DNA of 64,000 nucleotides, from the NCBI GenBank assembly GCA_963706265.1, contig CAVPLO010000004.1, positions 1,171,458-1,235,457 of the forward strand. Direction: 5' to 3'. A program made the position numbers and the translations under genes. Shown here piece by piece: positions 10,341 through 21,405 of the stretch. The notes under the pieces were generated by a model. The model saw only the letters and a list, made by a program, of their open reading frames with translations, did no database searches and was not told where the DNA came from. Position 1 is the first letter of the stretch; each line of letters begins with the position of its first letter. The DNA is from an uncultured Alphaproteobacteria bacterium (lineage in GTDB: Bacteria; Pseudomonadota; Alphaproteobacteria; Rhizobiales; Xanthobacteraceae).

Positions 10341-11447
10341 ATGAGTACCAGTATAGTTGCGTGTTATGAGTTCGCGGCGCCTACGCTTAAGAGACCAGCC
10401 CGCAAATTGACCTCGCAGAGCCTGTTCATTGCATCGGCAGTGATCGGTCTCGTGGTCGGCTGCGGCTGGACGCTCTACGTCAACATTTTCGCCGCCAGTC
10501 CGTATCCGGAGCTCGGCAGCACCAATTTCGATGCGCCGGTCATGCGCCGCTTCGCCGATGTTTCCGTCCACAGTGTTGCGCGGATCGCGTCTCCGGAGAT
10601 CGACGCGCCGGAAACCGTGCCGGCTGAGGCCGCGCTTTCCTTTGACGATCGTTTCGCAGCCGCTTCGCCGCAAGGCGTCGAGCCGGCACCGGTGCCGGCT
10701 CCCGAGCCCACAAAGCTCGCCGTCGCGCCGAAGATCAAGATGGAGCCTGCAAAGAACGTCGAGGCGAGGGCGAAAGAGACGCCGAAGGAAGCGAAGGTCC
10801 AGCTCGCCTCGGTTTCGCCGGCCGCGCAGCCGGACGATGCTCCGAAGGGCGGAGTTGCCAAGATCCGCGACATGGCGCAGCGCGCGAAGAATGCGATCCT
10901 GTCGATTGCCTCAGGCGAGAGGCAGCCGATGACCGAGAAGCTGTGGGGCAAGGGAACTTCGCACAATCCGGTTTTGGCCTATGCTTCCGCCGACGCCAGC
11001 GCCAGCATCACCGGCAGCATCGGCCGCGAGCAGAACCCGATGCTCGGAGGTTCGCCGCCCTACGACCGCGACACCGCCGTCTACGACATCAGCGCCCACA
11101 CGGTGTATCTGCCCGACGGCACCAAGCTCGAGGCGCATTCCGGCCTTGGCTCCAGTCTCGACGATCCGCGCTCGTCGCGCATTCACATGCGCGGTGTGAC
11201 GCCGCCCCATATCTACACGCTGAAGCCGCGTGAATCGCTGTTCCACGGCGTGGCGGCTTTGCGGCTGACGCCGATTGGCGGCGAGGATGAGATTTTTGGG
11301 CGCGAAGGCCTGCTCGCGCATACTTTCATGCTCGGCCCCAACGGCGATTCCAACGGCTGCGTCTCGTTCCGCGACTACAACGCTTTCCTCAACGCCTATC
11401 GCAACGAGGGCATCCGCAAGCTCGCCGTCGTCGCGCGCGTGGATTGA
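10341..11447 (+). CDS. DUF2778 (Tlde1/L,D-transpeptidase-like) domain protein
   Basis: N-terminal TM, Pro/Ala linker, C-terminal EAHSGLG, GVTPP, LAHTFMLGPNGDSNGCVS. Confidence 0.8.
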   Translation: MSTSIVACYEFAAPTLKRPARKLTSQSLFIASAVIGLVVGCGWTLYVNIFAASPYPELGSTNFDAPVMRRFADVSVHSVARIASPEIDAPETVPAEAALSFDDRFAAASPQGVEPAPVPAPEPTKLAVAPKIKMEPAKNVEARAKETPKEAKVQLASVSPAAQPDDAPKGGVAKIRDMAQRAKNAILSIASGERQPMTEKLWGKGTSHNPVLAYASADASASITGSIGREQNPMLGGSPPYDRDTAVYDISAHTVYLPDGTKLEAHSGLGSSLDDPRSSRIHMRGVTPPHIYTLKPRESLFHGVAALRLTPIGGEDEIFGREGLLAHTFMLGPNGDSNGCVSFRDYNAFLNAYRNEGIRKLAVVARVD

Positions 11448-11589
11448 GCGGGCAACTGCTCGTCGCCGCATTTCCCATTGAATGTTAAATGGCCATCGGT
11501 TGACGATGAGGTCGGCCGCGAAATCGTGCGGGAACCGCGACACCCACTATCAGTTCTCCTGTTCGAGCCTCGCTGTACGGGGAATTCGA

Positions 11590-11937
11590 ATGAAACGAGC
11601 CTTGGTGTTATCAGTCGTCCTGCTGCCGCTATTGAGCCCACCTGCATTCGGCCGGGCGCCGGAGCTGAACATCAAGGCGCTATGCAAGGCCAGATCGGCC
11701 GATGCCAGGATGTTGCGGTCAACGACGGGACAGAGCATTGCGGAGTGCGAGCAAGAAGAAAAGGCCGCAAAACAGCAGCTCAATTCTGTCTGGGAATCGA
11801 CCTCGGTCAAGATACGAAATCAATGCATGAGCGAAGCGCGCTCGTTAGGTACGACCGGCTACCTCGATCTCGTCACTTGCATCCAGATGGCCGACGAGAT
11901 GAAGTCAGACTCGAAAAAGAAGACTTCAAAGGAGTGA
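11590..11937 (+). CDS. Small secreted Cys-rich hypothetical protein
   Basis: Signal peptide, APELNIKALC, 4 spaced Cys. Confidence 0.7.
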   Translation: MKRALVLSVVLLPLLSPPAFGRAPELNIKALCKARSADARMLRSTTGQSIAECEQEEKAAKQQLNSVWESTSVKIRNQCMSEARSLGTTGYLDLVTCIQMADEMKSDSKKKTSKE

Positions 11938-12117
11938 GGCTGGCCACGCATTAGCGGAGCGGACGCCGCGAATTCGCGTCTGCCGCGTTTGTCTTGTGCC
12001 ATCGTGGCGTTCGCCGCACCCCACACCCAACACGCGTGGCGACAGACGATTGTGGTTTCCGTTTTTTGTGTCGCCATCAGAAAAATACCAGGCAGATCAA
12101 GGATCCAGCCTTCGATA

Positions 12118-12133
12118 TTAACCCTTTGATAAC
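12118..12133 (+). promoter_or_regulatory. CtrA-like box upstream of the GGDEF-EAL gene
   Basis: TTAA-ccctttg-ATAAC, one mismatch to consensus. Confidence 0.4.
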
Positions 12134-12194
12134 CGACATTACTAACGGGAATTCCACGGTCGGATTTTATGCTTTTCGGCCGGGGAGCAAAATA

Positions 12195-15100
12195 ATGCTG
12201 ATAAACAGCAAAAACTCTGTCGGTGGAAAAGGAGCGGTCGACGCCGGTGCTTTAGCCGACGGCGAACTGCCCGGCCGGCGCAATCCAATTCTGTGGCTCA
12301 TTATTTGCGGTGTTCTGCTGATCGCAGCCATTGCGATCGGCACCGCCATCATGGTCCGCAACTCCCGCGACCATGCGATCGAGAGCAGCGAACGCGAACT
12401 CGAAAATACCGTCCTGCTGCTGGCTCGTCACTTTGACCAGCAACTCGACGATGCCGAGGTGCCGTTAGTCGACATCATCGACCAAATACATCAGGCCGGA
12501 ATCGAGTCTCCGGACGATTTCAGGCGTCAGATGTCCACTCCCGAAATGCACCAGCAGTTGAAGGAACGGGTTAGCCGCGCATACAAGATCGCTGGCGTCA
12601 ACATCTATGACGCGGAGGGAGTTCTCATCAATTCATCGGAAGTCGCGGCCGTTCCGAACGTCAGGATTGAGGATCGCGCCTATTTCAAAGCGCTCAAATC
12701 CAGTCCGGAGGTGGAGCGGCCGCAGATCGAACTGGTGCTCAGCCGCTTTACCGGAAAATGGAAAACACTCCTCGCCCGCAAGGTGGTTGGGCGAGATGGC
12801 TCGTTTCTGGGCGTTGTTTCGCGAGCCATTGCACCGGGAAAATTCGAGGAGTTCTTCTCCGCCGTCGCGCTCGGAAGAGATGCTGCGATATCGATGCATC
12901 ATCATGATGGAACATTGCTGGCGCGTTATCCGCATGTCGAAGCGGCGATCGGCGAGAATTTTATGGAAGGCCCGACACCGCAGGCGGCGTTGCTGAGACA
13001 GGACCACGGCACGGCCCGGCTGACCAGCCCCGTCGACGGCGCGGAGCGATTGGTGGCCGTCCGGAGCCTTTCCCGGTTTCCGCTGTCGGTCGTGGCGACG
13101 ACCACGGTCGAGTCGGCGCTCGCCGACTGGCGGGCACAAACCAAATTCCTGGTGGTGGCCGCGAGTCTTTCGGCGATCATTACCGCCATCATTCTTGTAC
13201 TGATCGTGCGCCGCCTGTCGTGGCAGCACCTGGCATCTCAGAACCGGGTGAAGCTGGAAAAGCAGCGCCTCGATATCGCCGTCGAAAATATGACGCAGGG
13301 CTTGACGTTGTTCGACCGCTTCCGGCGGCTCGTCGTCTGTAACCGGCGATATATCGAGATGTATGGGTTGTCGCCGGATGTGGTGAAGCCCGGCTGCTAC
13401 CTTCGAGATCTGATCACGCATCGAAACGAGCTTGGATTGATTCAGGTCGACGTCGACGACTATTGCGCCCGGATTCTGGAACATGCGGCACGCGGGGAGT
13501 CGGTTACCCTGCGATCCTCGGACGGTCGTTCCATTCAAATCACGCACCGGCCGCTGTCCGATGGGGGATGGGTCGCCACCCATGAGGACATCACCGAGCG
13601 GACGCGTCAGGAAAAAGAGGTCCTTCAGCAGACGGCCGAACTCGCACGCATCAACATGCAATTTGACGCCGCCCTGAGCAACATGACGCAAGGGCTCTGC
13701 ATGTTCGACGGCAAGAGGCGGCTCGTCGTATGGAATGAACGCTATGCCGAGTTGTACAAGTTGCAGCCGGACCTGCTTGAAGTCGGAACGCCTCACGAGG
13801 CGATCATCGCCGATCGAATCTCTCGTGGCATTCTCAAGGGAGAGACGAGCAAATCCGCGGCCAGGAAGAAGATTGCTTCATTGAATCAGCTGCCGCGCGA
13901 TACGGCATCGTGCCGGGTCGACGAATTCTCCGATGGGCGCTTCATACTTGTTACCCGTCAGCCGATGGCTGAAGGCGGGTGGCTGGCAACGCACGAGGAC
14001 ATCACCGAACGCCGGCGTGCGGAAGCGGAGATCATCCACCTGGCGCGCCACGACGCGCTGACGGGGCTTCCTAACCGCGCAGAATTCAATGTGAAGCTCG
14101 AAGAGGTGAGCAAGCGCCTGAAGCGTAATGGGGGTACGATCACCGTCATGATGATCGACCTCGATAAATTCAAGGTCGTCAATGATACGCTGGGGCATCC
14201 GGCCGGAGACAAGTTGCTGATCGAGGTAGGCAAGCGTCTTCAGTCCACGGTTCGGGAAACCGACGTGCTGGCGCGATTGGGCGGCGACGAATTCGCCATC
14301 ATCCAGGAGGACGCGCCCAATCAGCACGAGGCGGCAATTGCGCTTGCGCTTCGGATCGTCGAGGCCATCTCTCGGCCGTTCGATCTCAATGGCAATAGGG
14401 CGAGCCTGGGGGTCAGCATCGGCATTGTCCTCGCTCCGGAACACGAGACGAATCCAGAGGGACTGCTGAAGAGAGCCGACCTTGCGCTCTACGACGCCAA
14501 GGCCAATGGAAGGAACGATTATCGGGTTTTCCGGCCCGAGCTTCTCGAGGTTGCCGATACGCAGCGCACGGCAGAGAACGAGCTGCGCGACGCGATCGAG
14601 CGGAAAGAGTTTGAGCTGCACTACCAGCCCGTTGTAGACGCGAAGACCCGAACGCTTTGCGGCGTTGAGGCTCTGGTCAGGTGGCGACACCCGGCCAAGG
14701 GTCTGATCGGGCCGGACAAGTTCGTTCCGCTTGCGGAATCAACAGGGCTCATCGCGCCCCTCGGAGAATGGATTCTGCGCCAGGCTTGCGCCGACGCGGC
14801 TGCCTGGCCCGCGCACGTCAAGCTGGCGATCAACATCTCGGCTATTCAGTTCAAGAAGGACAACCTCTTCGAGATCATCCTGTCGACGCTGGTGGAGACG
14901 CGTTTTGCGCCGGGACGGCTTGAGCTTGAGATCACCGAAACTTCTCTGCTCGAAAACCAGGAAGCCCATCTCACCACCATACGCCAGCTCAAGAACCTCG
15001 GAATATCCATGGCGCTCGACGATTTCGGCACCGGCTATTCCTCCGTCAATTATCTGGCGAACTTTCCGTTCGACAAGATCAAGATCGACAAGTCGTTCAC

Positions 15101-15332
15101 GCAAGGCGTGCTCGCTCGCCGTGACTGCAAGGCCGTCGTGGCCTCGACGCTCGCTCTTGCCCAAGGACTCGGCACCGTCACGACCGCCGAGGGCGTCGAG
15201 ACGGAAGAACAGCTCGAATACATGCGCGCTGCGGGCGTAGACCTGGTGCAGGGCTATCTCTTTGGCCGGCCCGTGCCGATCTCTCAGCTCGACCTGGACG
15301 CCACACTCTCGCCCAAGGAAATGGTGGCGTAG
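12195..15332 (+). CDS. Membrane Cache-PAS-PAS-GGDEF-EAL diguanylate cyclase/phosphodiesterase
   Basis: 2 TM flanking a periplasmic domain, two MTQGL...THEDITER PAS repeats, RLGGDEF, EALVRW, DDFGTGYSS. Confidence 0.92.
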   Translation: MLINSKNSVGGKGAVDAGALADGELPGRRNPILWLIICGVLLIAAIAIGTAIMVRNSRDHAIESSERELENTVLLLARHFDQQLDDAEVPLVDIIDQIHQAGIESPDDFRRQMSTPEMHQQLKERVSRAYKIAGVNIYDAEGVLINSSEVAAVPNVRIEDRAYFKALKSSPEVERPQIELVLSRFTGKWKTLLARKVVGRDGSFLGVVSRAIAPGKFEEFFSAVALGRDAAISMHHHDGTLLARYPHVEAAIGENFMEGPTPQAALLRQDHGTARLTSPVDGAERLVAVRSLSRFPLSVVATTTVESALADWRAQTKFLVVAASLSAIITAIILVLIVRRLSWQHLASQNRVKLEKQRLDIAVENMTQGLTLFDRFRRLVVCNRRYIEMYGLSPDVVKPGCYLRDLITHRNELGLIQVDVDDYCARILEHAARGESVTLRSSDGRSIQITHRPLSDGGWVATHEDITERTRQEKEVLQQTAELARINMQFDAALSNMTQGLCMFDGKRRLVVWNERYAELYKLQPDLLEVGTPHEAIIADRISRGILKGETSKSAARKKIASLNQLPRDTASCRVDEFSDGRFILVTRQPMAEGGWLATHEDITERRRAEAEIIHLARHDALTGLPNRAEFNVKLEEVSKRLKRNGGTITVMMIDLDKFKVVNDTLGHPAGDKLLIEVGKRLQSTVRETDVLARLGGDEFAIIQEDAPNQHEAAIALALRIVEAISRPFDLNGNRASLGVSIGIVLAPEHETNPEGLLKRADLALYDAKANGRNDYRVFRPELLEVADTQRTAENELRDAIERKEFELHYQPVVDAKTRTLCGVEALVRWRHPAKGLIGPDKFVPLAESTGLIAPLGEWILRQACADAAAWPAHVKLAINISAIQFKKDNLFEIILSTLVETRFAPGRLELEITETSLLENQEAHLTTIRQLKNLGISMALDDFGTGYSSVNYLANFPFDKIKIDKSFTQGVLARRDCKAVVASTLALAQGLGTVTTAEGVETEEQLEYMRAAGVDLVQGYLFGRPVPISQLDLDATLSPKEMVA

Positions 15333-15450
15333 CCAAAGCGATCGGCTCGGATCGCTCGGTCGTTCCGGTACGCACGAAGCGCGCGCTTGCAATCCATCGA
15401 TCGAGCAAAACAAAATGCGCGGCGATTTTCGCGTGACGCGAGATCGCAGG

Positions 15451-15474
15451 ACTAAAGTCTAAAAACTAAAGTCT
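15451..15474 (+). promoter_or_regulatory. Direct repeat, candidate regulator binding site
   Basis: ACTAAAGTCT at 15451-60 and 15465-74, upstream of the NEW3/ABC operon. Confidence 0.4.
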
Positions 15475-15615
15475 GACCGGAAAACGCCCTACATTACTCA
15501 CTTGTAATTGGCGTGCCCAAAATTTTCAAAAGTTGGGCGGGATTGTTGCGGTCTCTCGCGCCGTCATCTGGCGGCGCACGTTCTGAAGATCTCACTCATC
15601 TCAAGGGGTGTCGTC

Positions 15616-16791
15616 ATGCGAGCGTCCGCTCTCGCCCATACTGCTTCCATTATTCTCACGCTCGCTCTGCTAAGCCCCGCCATCGCGGCGGACGAGCACG
15701 ACCCCAACGTCAAGGGCCTCTACCTGATGACCGATTATCCCGCGGTCACCATCAGGCCGGGCACCACCTCCAACATTCCGCTGCGTCTGCAGAACTATGG
15801 CCTCGCGCCGGATCGCTACCAGCTTTCGGTGTCCGGTGTGCCGAGCGGCTGGACCGCCACGATCCTCGGCGGCGGGCAGCCGGTGGCGGCTGCGATGCCG
15901 GCGCCCGACAAGGACGTCACGCTGCAGCTGCGGCTGGATGTGCCGGCCAACAGCAAGCTCGACCAGCAAACCCTGACGGTCGAAGCAAAGGGACAGGGCA
16001 ACCAGACCAGCCTGCCGATCCAGGTTGCGCTGGCCAAGGAACTGCCCGCCAAGCTCACCGTGAAGGCGCAGCTGCCGTCGCTGCGCGGCAGCCCGAAATC
16101 CAACTTCGAATACACGCTGTCCATCAAGAACGACTCCGGGCGCAACCTGAACGTCAGCTTCTCGGCGCAGGCGCCGGAAAATTTCGAGACCTCGTTCACG
16201 GAAGCCTATGGCAGCCAGGAGCTCTCCTCGATTCCGATCGATGCGGGCCAGTCCAAGGACGTCAAGCTCAAGGTGCGGCCGCCGAGCACGATTGACGCCG
16301 GCCATTTCCCGGTCAGCGTGACCGTGAAGGCGGAAGACGCCTCCGCCAGCGTCGATCTCGCGCTCGACGTCGTCGGTGAACCGCGGCTCCAGGTCGCCGG
16401 GCGCGACGGGTTGTTGAGCGCGCGCGCGGTCGCCGCCAAGCAGACCTCGATCCCGATCGTCGTCACCAATAGCGGCAGCGCGCCGGCCGAGAACGTCAAG
16501 CTTGCGGCAAGCTCGCCTTCGGGCTGGAAGGTCACGTTCGATCCGGCCACCATCGACCGCCTGGTACCGGGCAAGGACGCCGAGGTGCAGGCGCTGGTGA
16601 CACCGAGCGACAAGTCGCTCGCCGGCGACTACATGGTGTCGGTGCGTGCCAACGCGCGCGGCGAAAATGCCTCCAGCCAGTTCCGCATCACCGTCAACAC
16701 CTCGACGGTGTGGGGGATGGCCGGCGCCGGCGTCATCGGCATAGCCCTGCTTCTGATGCTGGGTGCGGTTGCCAGGTTTGGACGGCGATGA
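15616..16791 (+). CDS. NEW3 (Ig-like repeat) domain ABC-associated protein
   Basis: Signal peptide, three Ig-like repeats (PSGWTA, PSGWKV), C-terminal TM ending FGRR. Confidence 0.8.
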   Translation: MRASALAHTASIILTLALLSPAIAADEHDPNVKGLYLMTDYPAVTIRPGTTSNIPLRLQNYGLAPDRYQLSVSGVPSGWTATILGGGQPVAAAMPAPDKDVTLQLRLDVPANSKLDQQTLTVEAKGQGNQTSLPIQVALAKELPAKLTVKAQLPSLRGSPKSNFEYTLSIKNDSGRNLNVSFSAQAPENFETSFTEAYGSQELSSIPIDAGQSKDVKLKVRPPSTIDAGHFPVSVTVKAEDASASVDLALDVVGEPRLQVAGRDGLLSARAVAAKQTSIPIVVTNSGSAPAENVKLAASSPSGWKVTFDPATIDRLVPGKDAEVQALVTPSDKSLAGDYMVSVRANARGENASSQFRITVNTSTVWGMAGAGVIGIALLLMLGAVARFGRR

Positions 16792-17775
16792 GCGAAGTTC
16801 GCAACGAAGCAACGCTCCCGCCGGCCGATACGGTCATCGTCGCCGAAGCCCTGACCAAGCGCTATGGTGAGACCAGGGCCGTCGACGACATCAGCTTCGG
16901 CATCAGGAAGGGCGAGGTGTTTGGCCTGCTCGGCCCCAACGGGGCCGGCAAGACCACGACGATCCTTATGATGCTGGGCCTGACCGAGGTGTCGTCGGGC
17001 CGGATCAGCGTGCTCGGGTTCGACCCGGTGCGTCAGCCGCTGCGGGTGAAGCAGCGCGTCGGTTATCTTCCCGAACTCGGTCGGCTTCTACGATCATCTC
17101 TCGGCGGTCGAAAATCTTAGCTACACGGCCAAGCTGATGGGGCTTTCGCTGAAGGAGCGAAGGCAGCGGATCGAGGGAGCGCTCAAGCGGGTGCGTCTCG
17201 ACGAGGTCGCGCACAAGCGCGTTTCGACCTTCTCGCGCGGCATGCGCCAGCGGCTCGGACTGGCAGAGATCATCGTCAAGAAAGCCGAGATCGCCATTCT
17301 CGACGAGCCGACGTCCGGCCTCGATCCACAGGCGACCCTTGAATTCCTCGACCTGATCCGCGAGCTCAAGGCCGAAGGCATCACGGTGCTTTTGTCCTCG
17401 CATCTGCTCGATCAGGTGCAGCGCATCTGCGATCGCGTCGCGCTGTTTCAGTCCGGCCGCATCGTGCTGATGGGCTCGGTCGCCGAGCTGTCGGTCCAGG
17501 TGCTGGGCGCTGGTTTCGTGGTCGAGGTCGAGGCGGAGGGCACCGGCATCGCGCGGCGCCTTTCGACCATCCCCGGCGTGTCCAATGTGGAGACGCTGGC
17601 GGAGGACCGCTTCCGCATGACCGCCGAACGCGACGTTCGCCCGGATGCCGCGCGCGCAGTGGTCGCGGTCAACGGATCGTTGAGGCGGCTGTCGGTCGAC
17701 GAGCCGAGTCTGGAGGCCATCTACGCCCGCTACTTCCAGGGCAAGCAATCGGGAGAGACGCGTCATGCGGCGTGA
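16788..17775 (+). CDS. ABC transporter ATP-binding protein (one frameshift at ~17075, probably an artefact)
   Basis: GPNGAGKT in the first frame; FSRGMRQR and ILDEP in the second; removing one base restores GYLPDSVGFY. Confidence 0.85.
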
Positions 17776-18727
17776 GGGCTCACCGTTCCAGGGCCTTGGC
17801 ACCGTGTTTGCCAAGGAACTGACCGACAACATCTCCAGCGTCCGCATGCTGGTGCTGGAATTGCTGATCGTGCTGACGGCGCTTGCTGCGCTGTATGGCG
17901 CGATCGACAATTTGCGGACGAATACCGCCGAGGATCCGTTCCTGCTGCTCCGACTGTTCACGCTGTCGAACGCGCCGCTGCCGTCCTTTGTGGCGATCCT
18001 CGGATTTTTGATCCCGCTGATGGCGATTGGGCTGGGCTTTGATTCCGTCAACAGCGAGTTCAACCGGCGCACGCTGTCGCGAATCCTCGCGCAGCCGATC
18101 TACCGCGACGCGCTGTTGACGGGAAAATTCCTCGCCGGTCTCGCCACGCTTGCCGTCAGCCTTACCGCGTTGTGGCTGCTGGTGATCGGACTCGGGCTGA
18201 TCTTCCTCGGCGTCCCGCCGGGTACCGAGGAAATCGCGCGATCGCTGGCATTTCTGGTGATCGGCATCTTCTATGCCGGCGTGTGGCTCGCGCTCGCCAT
18301 GCTGCTGTCGATCGTGTTCCGCTCCGGCGCCACGGCAGCACTGGTGGCGCTCGGCATCTGGCTGTTCCTGACCGTGCTGTGGCCGATGCTGGCACCGGCG
18401 ATGGCGCAGATCATCGCGCCGCCCGATCCGCGCTATGCCGCGCTTGGGCTCGACACCCCGGACACCGCTTTGTGGTCGCAGTTCCTGCTGCGCTTCTCGC
18501 CGAACGATCTCTTCGGCGAGGCGATGCTGGCGATCCTGTCGCCGACCACGCGCACATTGGGCGCGGTGTTCCTGGATCAGTTGCGTGGTGCCGTGATGGG
18601 TGCGCCGCTGCCGCTCTCCGAGAGCATCATGATCGCCTGGCCGCAAACGGTCGGACTGATCGCATCGACCATCGTGCTGTTCGTGGCCGGATACATCCTG
18701 TTCCAGCGGCAGGAGGTGAGGGCTTGA
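17765..18727 (+). CDS. ABC-2 family transporter permease
   Basis: GFDSVNSEFNRRTLSRILAQPIYRD motif; TM helices. Confidence 0.85.
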   Translation: MRREGSPFQGLGTVFAKELTDNISSVRMLVLELLIVLTALAALYGAIDNLRTNTAEDPFLLLRLFTLSNAPLPSFVAILGFLIPLMAIGLGFDSVNSEFNRRTLSRILAQPIYRDALLTGKFLAGLATLAVSLTALWLLVIGLGLIFLGVPPGTEEIARSLAFLVIGIFYAGVWLALAMLLSIVFRSGATAALVALGIWLFLTVLWPMLAPAMAQIIAPPDPRYAALGLDTPDTALWSQFLLRFSPNDLFGEAMLAILSPTTRTLGAVFLDQLRGAVMGAPLPLSESIMIAWPQTVGLIASTIVLFVAGYILFQRQEVRA

Positions 18728-18820
18728 CGACCCTTTGATCCCGCGTCGTCAGCTCCTCGGCGCTGTCCGGCGCACGTCGTATTTGAATGTCAAACAGCTT
18801 CGCGTCATCGCGACGTTCCT

Positions 18821-19010
18821 TCGTCATGGCCGGGCATAGCCGTTCGAAGAATGGCGTCGCTTCCGCTCGCCTTTGACCCGGCCATCCACGTCTTCAGTTC
18901 CCGAAAGAAAGACGTGGATCACCGGGCCTTCGCCACGCCGAAGCGGCTTCGGCCGCGCAGGCGGGACGGGTGGTTAAATTCTGGACTGCCGGCACCCCTC
19001 GCAATGACGC
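18821..19010. repeat. Nested REP-like palindromic repeats
   Basis: cgtcatggccggg...cccggccatccacgtctt...aagacgtggat palindromes with inserted segments, ending in ctcgcaatgacg. Confidence 0.6.
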
Positions 19011-19014
19011 AAGA

Positions 19015-19525
19015 CACATCTTCACCTTCTCGCGGCACGAATGCGCCCGAGTTGTTGAACGGGACCCTCCGACACTGGAGGGCGCAGGGAATGCCGGGTG
19101 CTCAGCAGCACCCGCAGCCTCGCACGCAAAGTAAAAAAGCGTACGAGCGTAGTCACCACAGGTACGCCGAAACGTTCCGGCATTCCCCGCGCGATGGTTT
19201 TAGCGGCTTCTTCGAGCTCTCCCTGGTGATCGGGCTTTCTTGTCACCATCGCCAGCGCAATGCGTGAGCATTGGCGCCGACTTGACGCCAGCGTCGAGAC
19301 GTCAGGACCACACGACTTCACCGTCCGCTAGCGATGTCGTTCGTCTCATCGACATGTTAGCGTCCATCGCATCCCGCGCCAACGAATCGTGACGATCGCG
19401 AAGCGCCCCTCTCACGGGCACGGGACGGCGGGGGCTTATAAAGATGATTTGCCCGATGGGCAGAACGAAATTTTTTTGCACGAGGGACTGGACACTAGAA
19501 TCAGCGTTGATTGGGTTGGCGAAAT
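19015..19525. repeat. Long intergenic repeat of a type recalled from bradyrhizobial genomes (non-coding)
   Basis: Recognised from recall only (gtcgtgtggtcctgacg..., cggcattccctgcgccc-type segments); overlapping ORFs have no protein-family features. Confidence 0.45.
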
Positions 19526-19807
19526 TCGATTTTTGGCGCAGAGCCTGGCTGGCTTGGCAATCATCCCTTTCCATCGTTCGGGGAGCGATGAACGATGTCA
19601 TTCGTCATGCCGAGATACAGTGTTTTCCGCATTTGTCGCTTGCGAGAAGGTAGATGTCATAGGCCAACAGCAATTGGAGGAATGGATTCAGCGGTGAGGT
19701 TATAACCAGCTGAAATGCGGCCGCGATGGGCTCGCCCCAAGCTGATGAATTGTGTATTCAGGTTTAGCCAACGCCGAGGATGACAGGTTTTATTGCGGTG
19801 TAATGCG

Positions 19808-21241
19808 ATGATCGACGAAAAGAAGCTCGAAGAGCGCCTGGTCGCGCTGGAAGCGGCCAAATCCTGGTCCCCGCGGGTCGTCTCGCGGCTGGAGATGCTG
19901 CTGCGCTCGGGCACGGACGAGGCCCTCTATCGCATCAATCCAATCCAGTTCGCCACAGAGAAATCGATTGCCGAGCGTGAGGCGATCGATCTTTTCCTCC
20001 ATGCCTGCGTGGCCGGGCTGTTCGACATGGACTGGATGCTGGTTTGTCCGATGTGCTCCGACGTTGTCGAGAGCTTCCGATCCTTACGCAAACTGCACAC
20101 GCATTTTCACTGCCACCTCTGCCAAAGCGATTACGACGCCGCGCTCGACGATTACATCGCGGTGACGTTTACGGTTTCGCCCGCCGTGCGCAGCATCCGC
20201 TTCCATAAACCGGATGCGCTTTCGGCCTGGGATTATGTGTTCCATTATAAGATGACGCCGGGTGGCATAATGCCCGACGGCGTGCCGTGGATCGAGGCTA
20301 CCAAAGGGCTGATGAGGGCGGTCACCCGCATAGAGCCGGGTTCTACGGCCAATCTTGAGGTCGATGCCGCCGAAGGCGGGCTTCTGGGCCAGGATTTCGA
20401 AAGCGACGCCCATTTCTTTTCCCCGGTCGCAAGGGAGGCAGGTGTAACGCCAGCCCATGTGGCGGTCACACTCGACGGCGGCAAATGCGTGGCCGCGACA
20501 GCAAACATCGCGCCCGGCAAGCTCGTGTTCGACGTTCGCAACGCTGGCACGCTGCCGGCAGTATTCGGCATCCTGCAGATTCCGGTGGCGACGTTTCAGC
20601 GCCCGAAGCTTCACTTCGCGCCATCCTTATCCGGCAAGCGACTGCTGATGACGCAAACCTTTCGCGATTTCTTCCGCTCGGAGGTGATCAGCGCCACGGA
20701 GGGCATTGCGGTTCTCGACGTTACCCTCGTATTCACCGATCTCAAGGGCTCGACGGCGCTCTACGAGCGGATCGGCGACCTGAACGCCTACATCCAGGTG
20801 CAGCGGCACTTCCAGCATCTTCTCGACGCCACTGTTCGGCACAATGGCGCCGTCACCAAGACGATCGGTGACGCCGTGATGGCGGCGTTTTTCACTTCGG
20901 CCGACGCGGTGCAGGCGGCACTTGATATGCGCGAGGCCGTGGATCAGCTCAATCGGGACCGCCCGCAGCGTGATTTCATCCTGAAAATCGGCGTGCATCG
21001 GGGAGCCGCGATCGCGGTCACGCTCAACGAGCGGCTCGATTATTTTGGTCAGACGGTCAATATCGCAGCGCGGGTGCAAAACCTCGCGGATGGCGACGAG
21101 ATTTGTATCACCGAAGAAGTTTACGGCGCGCCTGAAGTGGCGGAAATTATTGCGCCATTCCCGGTGGCAAAGAGCGAGGCGGAACTCAAGGGCGTCAGCC
21201 AGGCCATGTCGGTCTATCGTCTGGCCCGAATGGCATCCTAG
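19808..21241 (+). CDS. Class III adenylate/guanylate cyclase with N-terminal DUF5939-like Zn-ribbon domain
   Basis: CPMC...CHLC, FTDLKGSTALYERIGD, KTIGDAVMA, DYFGQTVNIAARVQ. Confidence 0.88.
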   Translation: MIDEKKLEERLVALEAAKSWSPRVVSRLEMLLRSGTDEALYRINPIQFATEKSIAEREAIDLFLHACVAGLFDMDWMLVCPMCSDVVESFRSLRKLHTHFHCHLCQSDYDAALDDYIAVTFTVSPAVRSIRFHKPDALSAWDYVFHYKMTPGGIMPDGVPWIEATKGLMRAVTRIEPGSTANLEVDAAEGGLLGQDFESDAHFFSPVAREAGVTPAHVAVTLDGGKCVAATANIAPGKLVFDVRNAGTLPAVFGILQIPVATFQRPKLHFAPSLSGKRLLMTQTFRDFFRSEVISATEGIAVLDVTLVFTDLKGSTALYERIGDLNAYIQVQRHFQHLLDATVRHNGAVTKTIGDAVMAAFFTSADAVQAALDMREAVDQLNRDRPQRDFILKIGVHRGAAIAVTLNERLDYFGQTVNIAARVQNLADGDEICITEEVYGAPEVAEIIAPFPVAKSEAELKGVSQAMSVYRLARMAS

Positions 21242-21405
21242 TGGAGTGGATTTGACATTCGCTACCCTGTAGCCACGTATTCGCGATGCGAATGTCAAAT
21301 CCAAAACTCCACTAAAAACCTATATTTGCTAGTGGTCCTTTGATTCTAACATTCGCAAAAGTGGCCGCTGAGAAGGGATGCGAATGTTAGAATTCGGACC
21401 ACTAG
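21238..21405 (+). mobile_element. Twin bulged-hairpin element, AB subtype
   Basis: CTAGTGGAGT-GGATTTGACATTCGC hairpin, 13-nt linker, CTAGTGGTCC-TTT-GATTCTAACATTCGCA hairpin; CTAG at both ends. Confidence 0.8.

Noticed and set aside
18851-19697. Several 70-140 aa ORFs
   Set aside because: They overlap repeat sequence in multiple frames and have no protein motifs.
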